NCBI GenBank assembly: GCA_023247055.1
Contig: JAHFHF010000013.1
Span: 1-56,567, forward strand
Direction of reading: 5' to 3'
DNA length: 56,567 nt
From: Candidatus Omnitrophota bacterium
Lineage (GTDB): Bacteria; Omnitrophota; Omnitrophia; Omnitrophales; Aquincolibacteriaceae
Shown here piece after piece: positions 33,963 to 42,136 of the stretch. Within the stretch, counting starts at the first letter, position 1. Every line of letters starts with the position of its first letter. Position numbers and translations under genes: made by a program. The notes under the pieces were generated by a model. The model had not been told where the DNA came from and did no database searches. It saw only the letters and a program-made list of their open reading frames with translations.

Positions 33963-34592
33963 TTAAAACCCCTGGCGCTGCAAAAGTGCGATCCTGCGTT
34001 TCAAAGTCTTGGCTGTTTCGCGGGGAGCGGCCGCGGATAGCCGTTCCGTCTCAAGGTTGATTTGATCGCCGGGCTGCAGCGAACCGAGCTGCGTAATTTT
34101 GAGCGTATGCGGCACAAGCGCGACCTTGATCCCTGCGGCAGAAAGCCCTTGCACCGTCAAACTGACGCCATTGACCGTCACGGATCCTTTCAGCCGGCAG
34201 GCGCGCCGCAGGGCCAGAGGCACCTTAAGCCAAAGAATCCGCCCGTTGCCTTCCATGCTCGAGCGTAGGACTGTAGCGCGCCCTTCCACATGGCCGGACA
34301 CAAAATGTCCTCCCAGCCGCGCCCCCAGCTTCAAGGCGCGTTCCAGATGAACAGGGCGGCCTTCTTGAAAGCGGCCCAAAGTCGTGGTCTTTAATGTTTC
34401 AGGAACGACATCCGCTTCAAAGCCATGCGCGGAAATTTTTGCGGCCGTCAAGCAGACGCCGTCGACCGCAATGCTTTCGCCTTGTTTCAAGTGCCGGCCG
34501 CGCTGTTTGAAATGGATAGTCAGCCGCAAACCATTTGTTTTTTTGCGGACCGAAACCACAGTACCGCGTTCTTGAATGAGTCCGGTAAACAT
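33963..34592 (-). CDS. ribE: Riboflavin synthase alpha chain
   Basis: MFTGLIQERGTV start and a duplicated lumazine-binding repeat (VNGVSLTV). Confidence 0.9.
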   Translation of the reverse strand: MFTGLIQERGTVVSVRKKTNGLRLTIHFKQRGRHLKQGESIAVDGVCLTAAKISAHGFEADVVPETLKTTTLGRFQEGRPVHLERALKLGARLGGHFVSGHVEGRATVLRSSMEGNGRILWLKVPLALRRACRLKGSVTVNGVSLTVQGLSAAGIKVALVPHTLKITQLGSLQPGDQINLETERLSAAAPRETAKTLKRRIALLQRQGF

Positions 34593-35674
34593 TAGAAGCG
34601 TCCTTCCAAAATCATGTCGCTGCCGCAGGGAAAAACGGACCAGCTTTTAAGCTGCAGCGCTTGAGACGGCAAGGCGACGCCCTCTCCTTCAACCGATGTT
34701 TTGGCCGTGCGTCCGCCGAAAAATTTAGGCGCCGTGATCCAGATCACACGGTCAACCAGCCCGCCGGCTAAAAAGGACCAGGCGGTTTCACCGCCGCCTT
34801 CGACCAATAGTTTGGCTGCGCCGAGCGCACCCAGTTTTTGAAGCAGGCGTTTCAAATCAAGCCGTCCTTTGCGGCTGGAAACGGGCAGCAAGGTCACAGG
34901 TTTTGGCCAGGGCCTGCGGGCGGCATGGGCAAGTTTTTTTTCATCCAGGGCCAGCATCACGGTCTGAGGGCCGCGGAAAATTTTAGCCCGGGCGTTCATT
35001 TCAGCGCGAGGGTCCAGCACCACGCGCCAGGGTTTTTCAGCTTTAAGCGAACGCACCGTCAAACGCGGATTATCCCACAGAAGCGTGTTTGTGCCGACGA
35101 GCACGGCATCCTGACTGCGCCGCAAGTCTTGCACAAAGGCCCGCGATTCGGCCGATGAAATCCAGCGTGAGCGGCGCGTACGCGTGGCGATCTTGCCATC
35201 CAGCGTCTGGGCCATTTTCAAAGTCACAAAGGGCAGGCCGGTTTTGATCCATTTGAAAAAAGCTTCGTTTTGTTTTTCAGCTTCGCGCGCCAAAGGACCG
35301 GTGCGCACCTGGATGCCCGCTTTTTGAAGCAGGGCCGTAGCCCGGCCCGCATGCTGAGGATTGGGATCGCAGATGGCAAAGATCACTTCCTGCACGCCGC
35401 TGCGGATAATCGCATCCACGCAAGGCGGAGTTTTGCCCCACGACGAACAGGGTTCGAGCGTCACATAAAGGGCCGCACGCCGCGCACGCGGGCCGGCCTC
35501 ACGCAGCGCTTCGATTTCCGCATGGGGGCCTCCGAAACGGCGGTGCCAGCCTTTTCCCGCTAATTTTCCGCCGCGGACAACACAAGCGCCGACTATGGGG
35601 TTGGGACTGGTTTCAAAACGGCCTTGAGGCGCCAGGTCCAGCGCCACGCGCATCCATTTTTCATCAGAATTCAT
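34592..35674 (-). CDS. ribD: Bifunctional diaminohydroxyphosphoribosylaminopyrimidine deaminase / 5-amino-6-(5-phosphoribosylamino)uracil reductase
   Basis: HAEIEAL and PCSSWGKTPPC zinc-deaminase motifs plus the reductase half. Confidence 0.9.
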   Translation of the reverse strand: MNSDEKWMRVALDLAPQGRFETSPNPIVGACVVRGGKLAGKGWHRRFGGPHAEIEALREAGPRARRAALYVTLEPCSSWGKTPPCVDAIIRSGVQEVIFAICDPNPQHAGRATALLQKAGIQVRTGPLAREAEKQNEAFFKWIKTGLPFVTLKMAQTLDGKIATRTRRSRWISSAESRAFVQDLRRSQDAVLVGTNTLLWDNPRLTVRSLKAEKPWRVVLDPRAEMNARAKIFRGPQTVMLALDEKKLAHAARRPWPKPVTLLPVSSRKGRLDLKRLLQKLGALGAAKLLVEGGGETAWSFLAGGLVDRVIWITAPKFFGGRTAKTSVEGEGVALPSQALQLKSWSVFPCGSDMILEGRF

Positions 35675-35684
35675 AAGTATAGAA

Positions 35685-35758
35685 CTGGGACTGCCTCTGC
35701 GTCTAACGCAGAGACTGCCCAGGCGCCGGTTGATGACCGGCGTCCGGGGACTGTCCCC
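35685..35758. repeat. REP-like hairpin cluster between nusB and ribD
   Basis: CTGGG..CTCTGCG-tctaa-CGCAGAG..CCCAG (35685-35721); GCGCCGG-ttgatga-CCGGCG; GGGGAC-t-GTCCCC. CTCTGCGTCTAACGCAGAG (35695-35713) resembles 51432-51451. Confidence 0.65.
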
Positions 35759-35764
35759 GCTTCC

Positions 35765-36220
35765 TCAAGGGACTGGCCCTTTAGGTTTTTGGGTTTCGGT
35801 CCCATCCGGCTTTCGTTCAGTATGATTAATTTTATCGAGAATGCCGTTGACGAATTTGCCGGCTTCTTCCTGTGAAAACTTCTTAGCAATGTTGACGGCT
35901 TCGTTGATAGCGACCTTGGGCGGGATTTCTTCGGGCATGTAGAGCAGTTCATAGGCGGCAAAGCGCAGGATATTGCGGTCAATAACCGCCATGCGGTGCA
36001 ACTGCCAGTTTTCCGCATAGCGGGTGATGGTTTCGTCAAGCGGCTTGAGGTTTTCAACCGTTCCTTGCACCAGCCGTTCGGCGTAATCGCGCACTTCAGA
36101 CTCAGCTTCGGCGTTTTCTTCCCAAAAGCGCGCGAAAAGCCCCGGCAGGTCATTCTCGTTCATTTCGTATTGATACAAAAGCTGGAGCGCAAATTCGCGG
36201 GCCCGCGTCCTCTTTCTCAT
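35765..36220 (-). CDS. nusB: Transcription antitermination factor NusB
   Basis: RTRAREFALQLLYQYE... and AVIDRNILRFAAYELLY. Confidence 0.9.
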   Translation of the reverse strand: MRKRTRAREFALQLLYQYEMNENDLPGLFARFWEENAEAESEVRDYAERLVQGTVENLKPLDETITRYAENWQLHRMAVIDRNILRFAAYELLYMPEEIPPKVAINEAVNIAKKFSQEEAGKFVNGILDKINHTERKPDGTETQKPKGPVP

Positions 36221-36723
36221 GAAGGCCTCCGTCTCTTGCGCTTGCGCGGCAGCCGCCGCGGGCCAAGGCTTTGGTCCAAAGAAGCGATTTCAAGCGCAGC
36301 CTGGGCCGCATGCGCGCCCTTATTACCGGCCTTGAGACCGGCACGGTCAATCGCCTGTTCAAGTGTATCGGCCGTAATAATGCCGGAGGCTATCGGAACC
36401 TCATGGTTTAACGCCACTTCTGCAATACCGCGTGTAATTTCGTGGGACACGCATTCAAAGTGATAGGTACTGCCGCGCAAGACGCAGGCCAGTGCAATGA
36501 CCGCGTCATAGCGGCCGCGCCGCGCCGCCTTTTGGCAAAAAAAAGGCACCTCCAAAGCACCGGGAACCCAGATCACATCAATGTCTTTTTGCCGGACCCC
36601 GGCCTGCTGCAGCGTTTCCAGCGCGCTTTGAAGCAGGCGGCGCGTGATAAATTCGTTAAAGCGAGCGACAACAATGGCAAATTTTTTCCCCTTGCCGGAA
36701 AGTCGCGCGAGAATGGATGTCAC
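36217..36723 (-). CDS. ribH: 6,7-dimethyl-8-ribityllumazine synthase
   Basis: FAIVVARFNEFIT..., VPGALEVP, VLRGSTYHFE. Confidence 0.9.
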   Translation of the reverse strand: MTSILARLSGKGKKFAIVVARFNEFITRRLLQSALETLQQAGVRQKDIDVIWVPGALEVPFFCQKAARRGRYDAVIALACVLRGSTYHFECVSHEITRGIAEVALNHEVPIASGIITADTLEQAIDRAGLKAGNKGAHAAQAALEIASLDQSLGPRRLPRKRKRRRPS

Positions 36724-36747
36724 TAAGTTCGCCCCCCCACCTAAGCT

Positions 36748-36827
36748 GAGCCCGTTGGCTCAAGCACAGCGCCTCGGATGAATAGGTAACATCCGTAGGC
36801 GCTAGCCTCCCCGCTTCGCAGGGGAGG
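36748..36827. repeat. REP-like hairpin cluster between ribBA and ribH
   Basis: GAGCC-cgtt-GGCTC; GCGCC..CGGATG-aataggtaa-CATCCG..GGCGC; CCTCCCC-gcttcgca-GGGGAGG. Contains CCGTAGGCGCTAG, also seen as GCGTAGGCACTAG at 51418-51430. Confidence 0.65.
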
Positions 36828-36878
36828 AAAAAGAGGAAATGTTGATGAGATGAGAGTTTGAAAGAGACGTGGCATAGG

Positions 36879-38072
36879 TTAAAAGAGTAAATCATGGCCG
36901 AGTTTGTCTTTCTTGGCCTTGAGGTATTTGGCGTTGTAAATGTGGGGCGCGGACTGGATCGCAACGCGATCCACCACTTCGAGGCCGTAACCTTCGAGCC
37001 CCACGATCTTGCGCGGATTGTTGGTCATGATGCGGAGTTTAGCCAGCCCGAGGTCTTTTAAAATCTGAGCGCCTGTGCCATATTCACGCAGATCGGGTTT
37101 GAAGCCCAATTCCTCATTGGCCTGGACAGTATCCATGCCTTTTTCCTGCAGCGCATAAGCCTTGATTTTATTGGCCAGCCCGATGCCCCGGCCTTCCTGC
37201 CGCATATACAGCAGCACGCCGCTGCCGGCGCTGTCCATAGCCTCCATCGAAGCCATCAGCTGATCCTGGCAGTCGCAGCGCAGGGAGCCCAGCACATCCC
37301 CGGTGAAACATTCCGAATGAACACGCACCAGCGTGGGAGCCTCTGAAATTTGACCTTTTACAAGCGCCACATGCTCGCGTCCATCCACCAGCGAACGGTA
37401 AACATGCAGGGTCCATTCGCCGAACACGGTCGGAATTTTGGCCGTACTCATGCGTTCAATCAGCTTGTCAAACTGGCGCCGGTATTCAATCAAATCGCGG
37501 ATCGTCCCGATTTTCAAAGTATGTTTGAGGGCAAATTCTTTGAGGTCCGGCATGCGGGCCATAGAACCATCTTCGTTGACGATTTCACAAATCACTCCGG
37601 CGGGTTCAAGCCCAGCCAGGCGAGCAAGGTCAATGGCGGCTTCGGTGTGTCCGGCACGCACCAGCACGCCGCCCTTTTTGGCTTTCAGCGGGAAAATATG
37701 TCCGGGAGAAACAAAGTCCGCAGCGCCGGCGCCATTATCCGCCAGCAACTCGATGGTACGGGCGCGGTCATGCGCGGAAATACCGGTCGAAATGCCAAGC
37801 CGTGCATCCACCGAAAGCGTGAATGCAGTTTTCATAGAATCCTGCAAATGCGTGGTCATGGGTTTGAGACCCAAAGTTTCGACGCGCTCTTCGGTAAGCG
37901 GCGTGCAGATCAGGCCGCGGCCGTATTTCATCATGAAGTTGATTTTGTCCGGGGTCGCGTGAGCCGCGGCCAGAATTAAATCGCCTTCGTTTTCACGCGA
38001 CTCATCATCGGCCATAATAATCATCCGGCCTTCTTGGAGATCCTGCAAGATTTCGGGAATGGTATTGAGCAT
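36879..38072 (-). CDS. ribBA: Bifunctional 3,4-dihydroxy-2-butanone-4-phosphate synthase / GTP cyclohydrolase II
   Basis: ORF trimmed to MLNTIPEILQDLQEGRMIIMADDESRENEGDL, preceded by an AAAGGGG Shine-Dalgarno sequence. The cyclohydrolase II half has CFTGDVLGSLRCDC. Confidence 0.9.
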   Translation of the reverse strand: MLNTIPEILQDLQEGRMIIMADDESRENEGDLILAAAHATPDKINFMMKYGRGLICTPLTEERVETLGLKPMTTHLQDSMKTAFTLSVDARLGISTGISAHDRARTIELLADNGAGAADFVSPGHIFPLKAKKGGVLVRAGHTEAAIDLARLAGLEPAGVICEIVNEDGSMARMPDLKEFALKHTLKIGTIRDLIEYRRQFDKLIERMSTAKIPTVFGEWTLHVYRSLVDGREHVALVKGQISEAPTLVRVHSECFTGDVLGSLRCDCQDQLMASMEAMDSAGSGVLLYMRQEGRGIGLANKIKAYALQEKGMDTVQANEELGFKPDLREYGTGAQILKDLGLAKLRIMTNNPRKIVGLEGYGLEVVDRVAIQSAPHIYNAKYLKAKKDKLGHDLLF

Positions 38073-38208
38073 CGTAACCCCTTTATTGGCAAGAAAATAG
38101 AAACTTAGGGTATCATCAAATTTCAAGCTTGTCAATCAAAGCCCGGGACCTTTAAATCTCATAACTCTTTTGTTTTAAATAAGTTATGACAAATAAGCCC
38201 CCCTAAGT

Positions 38209-38236
38209 TTGACGCTCAACCAAACTGTGTTATCTT
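38209..38236 (+). promoter_or_regulatory. Candidate promoter for the riboswitch-controlled transcript (TTGACG-16 nt-TGtTATCTT)
   Basis: -35 at 38209-38214 and extended -10 at 38228-38236, about 35 nt upstream of aptamer 1. Confidence 0.45.
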
Positions 38237-38269
38237 TAACTTAAGACGTCATCGGACGCCTTGAGCATT

Positions 38270-38425
38270 TGAAAACGGCAAACCCGTCCGCCCAAAGACC
38301 GGCGGATCCGCCTCCAAATTGGGGGCGGAGAGTAATCCGGGGACGCAAAGCCAACAGGCCCTTTTTTAGGCTAGGCACAAGACCGCTGTGCAATAGCCTC
38401 ATCAAGGGTGGCTGGGTTGCCAAAT
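38270..38425 (+). promoter_or_regulatory. c-di-GMP-I (GEMM-I) riboswitch aptamer 1 (with an insertion in the first hairpin)
   Basis: GGCAAACC (38277-38284), GGACGCAAAGCC (38341-38352) and CAAGGGTGGCTGGGTTGCC (38403-38421). These are the conserved GEMM-I blocks, in the correct order. Confidence 0.7.
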
Positions 38426-38456
38426 CACAGTGTGGTGGACTTTTTCAAGGTTTACT

Positions 38457-38572
38457 GAAAAAGGCAAACCCGAAGTAATTCGGGGACGCAAAGCCGACGG
38501 GCCCTTTTCCGGGCTGTTACCCAACAAAGTTGGGGAATGGCCGCTTGGAACAAGGGTGGCTGGGTTGCCATA
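38457..38572 (+). promoter_or_regulatory. c-di-GMP-I (GEMM-I) riboswitch aptamer 2
   Basis: GGCAAACC (38463-38470), GNRA hairpin CCGAA-GUAA-UUCGG (38470-38483), GGACGCAAAGCC (38484-38495), P2-like stem CCGACGG/CCGCUUGG, and CAAGGGTGGCTGGGTTGCC (38551-38569). Confidence 0.8.
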
Positions 38573-38627
38573 AACCACAGAGGATTTGGCCGAATTTTAA
38601 CGCCTTCAAGGAGAGGCGCAATTCGGC

Positions 38628-39158
38628 ATGAAAAAGTTCACGCGCAATTTCTTTATTTCATTCGCCCTTTTGTTCATCGTCATGGCCCTTCCCTTGCGGG
38701 CGCAGGCTTCGCTAGCCGGCCTTCCTTCGTTTCAGCATCTCACGGCGGATCTTTCTTCACCCGATGCCATTGCCAAATTCATTTGGCGCCATTTTCAAGT
38801 CGAATCGGACCAAACGCAGTTCGGCACGGAAGACCGCTGGCAGTCACCCGAGGAATTACTCCAATCGGGCCGCGGAGATTGCGAAGATTTTGCCCTGTTC
38901 GCTTATGAGATTTTAAAGGCGCGCGGCACGCAGGCTTTTCTGCTCAATATTTACGGCCAAGGTTACGGCCATACGGTCTGTATTTTCCGGGAAGGTAAAA
39001 CTTATCAGGCAGTGGATGGAACACGGGTGGTGCGCGGCGGGAATTCGCTGGAACGCGTTATCGCCAAAATCTATCCGTTCTGGAAATCAGCGGCCATTGT
39101 CAAAGCCGTCAAAGGTTCCGGCCGCGGCATCGTCCTCAAAAAAATCACCCGTAAATAA
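38628..39158 (+). CDS. Secreted transglutaminase-like cysteine protease (BTLCP / LapG family, Peptidase C93)
   Basis: Signal peptide (ALPLRAQA). WQSPEELLQSGRGDCEDFALFAYEIL (Cys85), GYGHTVC (His115) and QAVDG (Asp130), with BTLCP-like spacing. Confidence 0.75.
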   Translation: MKKFTRNFFISFALLFIVMALPLRAQASLAGLPSFQHLTADLSSPDAIAKFIWRHFQVESDQTQFGTEDRWQSPEELLQSGRGDCEDFALFAYEILKARGTQAFLLNIYGQGYGHTVCIFREGKTYQAVDGTRVVRGGNSLERVIAKIYPFWKSAAIVKAVKGSGRGIVLKKITRK

Positions 39159-39264
39159 CTATTCCGTTCAACAAATTTGCATCTCGTTCTGGGATTCTTC
39201 GCGGAATTCACGTTGACCGGTTCCGCACCGAATGACAAACACCCAAGAATTTTCAAACAATTGT

Positions 39265-40674
39265 TTAGCCCGCTGACTTTGCAAAAAGCCGCTTCAGGAC
39301 CGTTGTTACGGTTTTAAGGACAATCGCCAAATCCAGGTTAAAACTCAGATGCTCGACGTAATAAAGATCGTAATCCATGTTCTCATGAATCAGAAGCCTT
39401 TTGCGGTCTTCGCTGACCTGCCAAAGGCCGGTAATCCCCGGCTTTAACTGCAGCCGTTCTTTTTCAAGGCTGCCATATTTTTCGACAATGAAAGGCATTT
39501 CCGGACGCGGCCCGATCAAACTCATTTCTCCGCGCAGAATGTTAAGGAGCTGCGGAATTTCATCCAGACCTGACTTTCTTAAAAAAGCGGCAAAGCGGCC
39601 GATCGGCATCGTTTCTTTTTTCAAGCTGATTTCCGGGGAAATCGCATCGGCCAACCCGGCTTTGAGCGTGCGGAATTTATAAACCCTAAATGGCTTCCCG
39701 CCCTGCCCCACCCGGATTTGCCGGAAAAGAACCGGCCCTCCGGAAGTCAGCACAATACCTAAAGCAATTAAACCATACACGGGGGCAAGCAGGACCGCCA
39801 AAATCAAGGCCGTTAAAAAATCCAGAATCCGTTTTACAAAAAAATACGCTTTCAGCCGGACTTCTTTGCGCAGGCCTACCAGCGGAATTCCGCCGATACT
39901 GTAAAAACTGATCCGTTCAATGTGCGGGTGAAAAACAGCCGGAATGGCCCAGCAGGTGATTTCCATTTCCTGACAGATCTGGAAAAAATCATAGATATCC
40001 ACGTCCTCAAATTTCCGGTTTGTAATAAAAAGGACCTGGATATTTTCGCGTTCCACCGTGGCCCTTAAATTTTCAAACCCTCCCAGAATCGCCAGCGACG
40101 CCGGCTGACGCACCAGCCTTTCGGTATGATCATCGAGAAAACCCACGACTTTAATCCCGAGTTTCGGCGATTGCTCAATCCAGCGCGCGAGCCGCTGGCC
40201 ATGATAACCTGCGCCATAGATCAGCGCCCGTTGGCCGAAAAGCCCCCTCGCATGCAGCCATGCATAAACCCGCCGCATCCCATGACGCTCAAGGCTGATC
40301 AGCAGAATGGAAATAAAGACCGAATAGAATGTGGCCAAGCGCGAAAAGTCGCTGCCGCGGTAAAAAAAAGAAACCACAAACGCGGCAGCATAAAGTAGCC
40401 AAAGGGCTTTAAAAATAAGGCTTTGCTCCGCGACACCCATGACCCCCATCTGGTGTTTATACAGGCCGACCCCATGAAAAACTAAAAGCCCCAAAGGCGG
40501 AACAATCCCCAAGATGACCGAGTAATTCGCAAAGGGCTGGTAATGACCATGCCAGGGATAAGTGATCCACAGCCAGTAGCCGAGCAGAAGTGCGGCGTTA
40601 AGGCAGCAAAAATCAAGCGCGGCGGTCACGGCCACTAAAAGAGGTCCGCCCCGTTGGACGGGCTTATTTTTCAT
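39265..40674 (-). CDS. Exopolysaccharide priming polyprenyl glycosylphosphotransferase (WbaP/EpsB-like)
   Basis: TM helices, a central Rossmann-like region, and a C-terminal Bac_transf domain (KFRTLK, GLDEIPQLLNILRGEMSLIGPRPE). Start trimmed to the ATG that forms an ATGA overlap with the upstream stop. Confidence 0.85.
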   Translation of the reverse strand: MKNKPVQRGGPLLVAVTAALDFCCLNAALLLGYWLWITYPWHGHYQPFANYSVILGIVPPLGLLVFHGVGLYKHQMGVMGVAEQSLIFKALWLLYAAAFVVSFFYRGSDFSRLATFYSVFISILLISLERHGMRRVYAWLHARGLFGQRALIYGAGYHGQRLARWIEQSPKLGIKVVGFLDDHTERLVRQPASLAILGGFENLRATVERENIQVLFITNRKFEDVDIYDFFQICQEMEITCWAIPAVFHPHIERISFYSIGGIPLVGLRKEVRLKAYFFVKRILDFLTALILAVLLAPVYGLIALGIVLTSGGPVLFRQIRVGQGGKPFRVYKFRTLKAGLADAISPEISLKKETMPIGRFAAFLRKSGLDEIPQLLNILRGEMSLIGPRPEMPFIVEKYGSLEKERLQLKPGITGLWQVSEDRKRLLIHENMDYDLYYVEHLSFNLDLAIVLKTVTTVLKRLFAKSAG

Positions 40675-41444
40675 TTGTTTTTTCCCTTGAAGACACGGTA
40701 AAAAAAATAGGGGTTTCCCAGAATATACCGGCCGAAAAGCCGCAGCGGGTCTTGAAAAAAGCGAAAGAGCCATTCCATCTGCAAACGGATCATCCACTCC
40801 GGGGCTTTCGCCAGCCGGCCGGAGGCATAATCAAAAGCCGCGCCGCCTTTTAAAAAAACATGGGCCCGCACCCGCTGCCAATTTTCTGCAATCCATTTTT
40901 CCTGGGCCGGCATGCCGAAACACGTCAGCAGGATATCCGGCCGGGCCTGATTGATCTGCGAAACCACGGCTTCATTTTCAGCACCGGCTTTCTGGAAATG
41001 CCCGTGGTGGATGCCCGCGATTTGCAGCGCCGGATAACGTTTTTTTAAATTTTCTGCCGCTTCGGCCGCAATGCCCGGCTGGGCGCCCAGAAAAAAAAGA
41101 CTAAATCCGTTTTGCACACAAAATTCCGCCAGCGGCCAAAGCCACTGATTATAAGTGATTTTAGGCGGCGGTGAATAGCCCCGCAATTTGAGCGCCCAGC
41201 GCACGCCGTCGCCGTCGCAAAAGACAAGCTGGGCCTGTTTAATGAATTCATAGAGCCAGGCATGCTTCAAAGCCAGATTGATGCAATGAACGTTTAAATT
41301 GAGCGCAATGGCTTTTTCGCCGCGCGTGATGACCTGCCGGATAAATGCGTGGACTTCCGTCAGGCCCGCGCGGTTCATCGGAAGCCCGAGAAGTTCCATG
41401 TCGGGAGTGGTTTTTGCAGCCGGCGCGTAAGAGGGATCCGTCAT
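40671..41444 (-). CDS. WecB/TagA/CpsF-family (GT26) glycosyltransferase
   Basis: VHCINLA...VFCDGDGVRWA...FFLGAQPG...ILLTCFGMPAQEKW is the family pattern. Confidence 0.75.
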   Translation of the reverse strand: MTDPSYAPAAKTTPDMELLGLPMNRAGLTEVHAFIRQVITRGEKAIALNLNVHCINLALKHAWLYEFIKQAQLVFCDGDGVRWALKLRGYSPPPKITYNQWLWPLAEFCVQNGFSLFFLGAQPGIAAEAAENLKKRYPALQIAGIHHGHFQKAGAENEAVVSQINQARPDILLTCFGMPAQEKWIAENWQRVRAHVFLKGGAAFDYASGRLAKAPEWMIRLQMEWLFRFFQDPLRLFGRYILGNPYFFYRVFKGKNK

Positions 41445-42136
41445 GGTTTAAAGCCTTCCACGATCATAAAGGATTTCACCAGGCCCAGCAACCGTTCCTC
41501 CCGGATAAATGCTCCGGGAAATAAGAGCTTCAGTTCCTTGCGGGTCAAGAGCCGCACGGAACGCGCTTCGCGCAGGGCCTCCTCGCGGTCTGGAATTTTT
41601 TTGCGCCACCCGAGGTCAAAATGCTGAATCAGAAAAGCCCGGCAGCCCGCCGGCAAAAACTGAAAAAAAGGAAATACGAAGTGCGGTTCCACGGGGAAAA
41701 ACCGGTTCGGGGTCTGGACAAATAAATTCTTTCCCACCCGCCTTAATTCATCGGCCATTCGCTTTTGGTCCTTAAAATCGCCCACGTGCTCGATCACCGA
41801 ATTCGAGAAAACGACGTCGAAACTTTTGTCCGCAAAACGCCCTAGGTCCCGGACATCCCCGGTCTGGCAGGAAAGGTTTTCAGCATCAGCGGCGGCGGGC
41901 TCGAGATTAAGCAGTGTGATCCTGTAATCCGGGTTTCCGGCCAAGCCCATCCGGATCCAGTAACCTTCCGTTCCCCCGGCATCTAAAAGGGTGACGGGTC
42001 TTGGAAATGAATTCAGAAGCGAACGAAAAAACTCCATCCGGCCCCGGCGGAACGACGCGGCCCAGGAATCTTTCCGGTGATGGTCATAAAGCCAGCGCAT
42101 GGTCTTGCTCCTGCTTCGTGTTTTTTTGCAGCACAT
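41441..42136 (-). CDS. Class I SAM-dependent methyltransferase
   Basis: LLDAGGTEGYW (motif I) and VVFSNSVIEHV. The true start may be MRWLYD (42100). Confidence 0.7.
   Translation of the reverse strand: MCCKKTRSRSKTMRWLYDHHRKDSWAASFRRGRMEFFRSLLNSFPRPVTLLDAGGTEGYWIRMGLAGNPDYRITLLNLEPAAADAENLSCQTGDVRDLGRFADKSFDVVFSNSVIEHVGDFKDQKRMADELRRVGKNLFVQTPNRFFPVEPHFVFPFFQFLPAGCRAFLIQHFDLGWRKKIPDREEALREARSVRLLTRKELKLLFPGAFIREERLLGLVKSFMIVEGFKP

Noticed and set aside
38073-38260. Expected FMN (RFN) riboswitch upstream of ribBA
   Set aside because: I read the minus strand and found none of the conserved RFN blocks. The structured RNA in this intergenic region is on the opposite strand and is GEMM-I.
38241-38908. 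ORFs 38241-38423 (-), 38269-38478 (+) and 38537-38908 (+)
   Set aside because: They overlap the two riboswitch aptamers or run out of frame across the BTLCP gene. Their Arg/Gly/Pro-rich products look like translated structured RNA.
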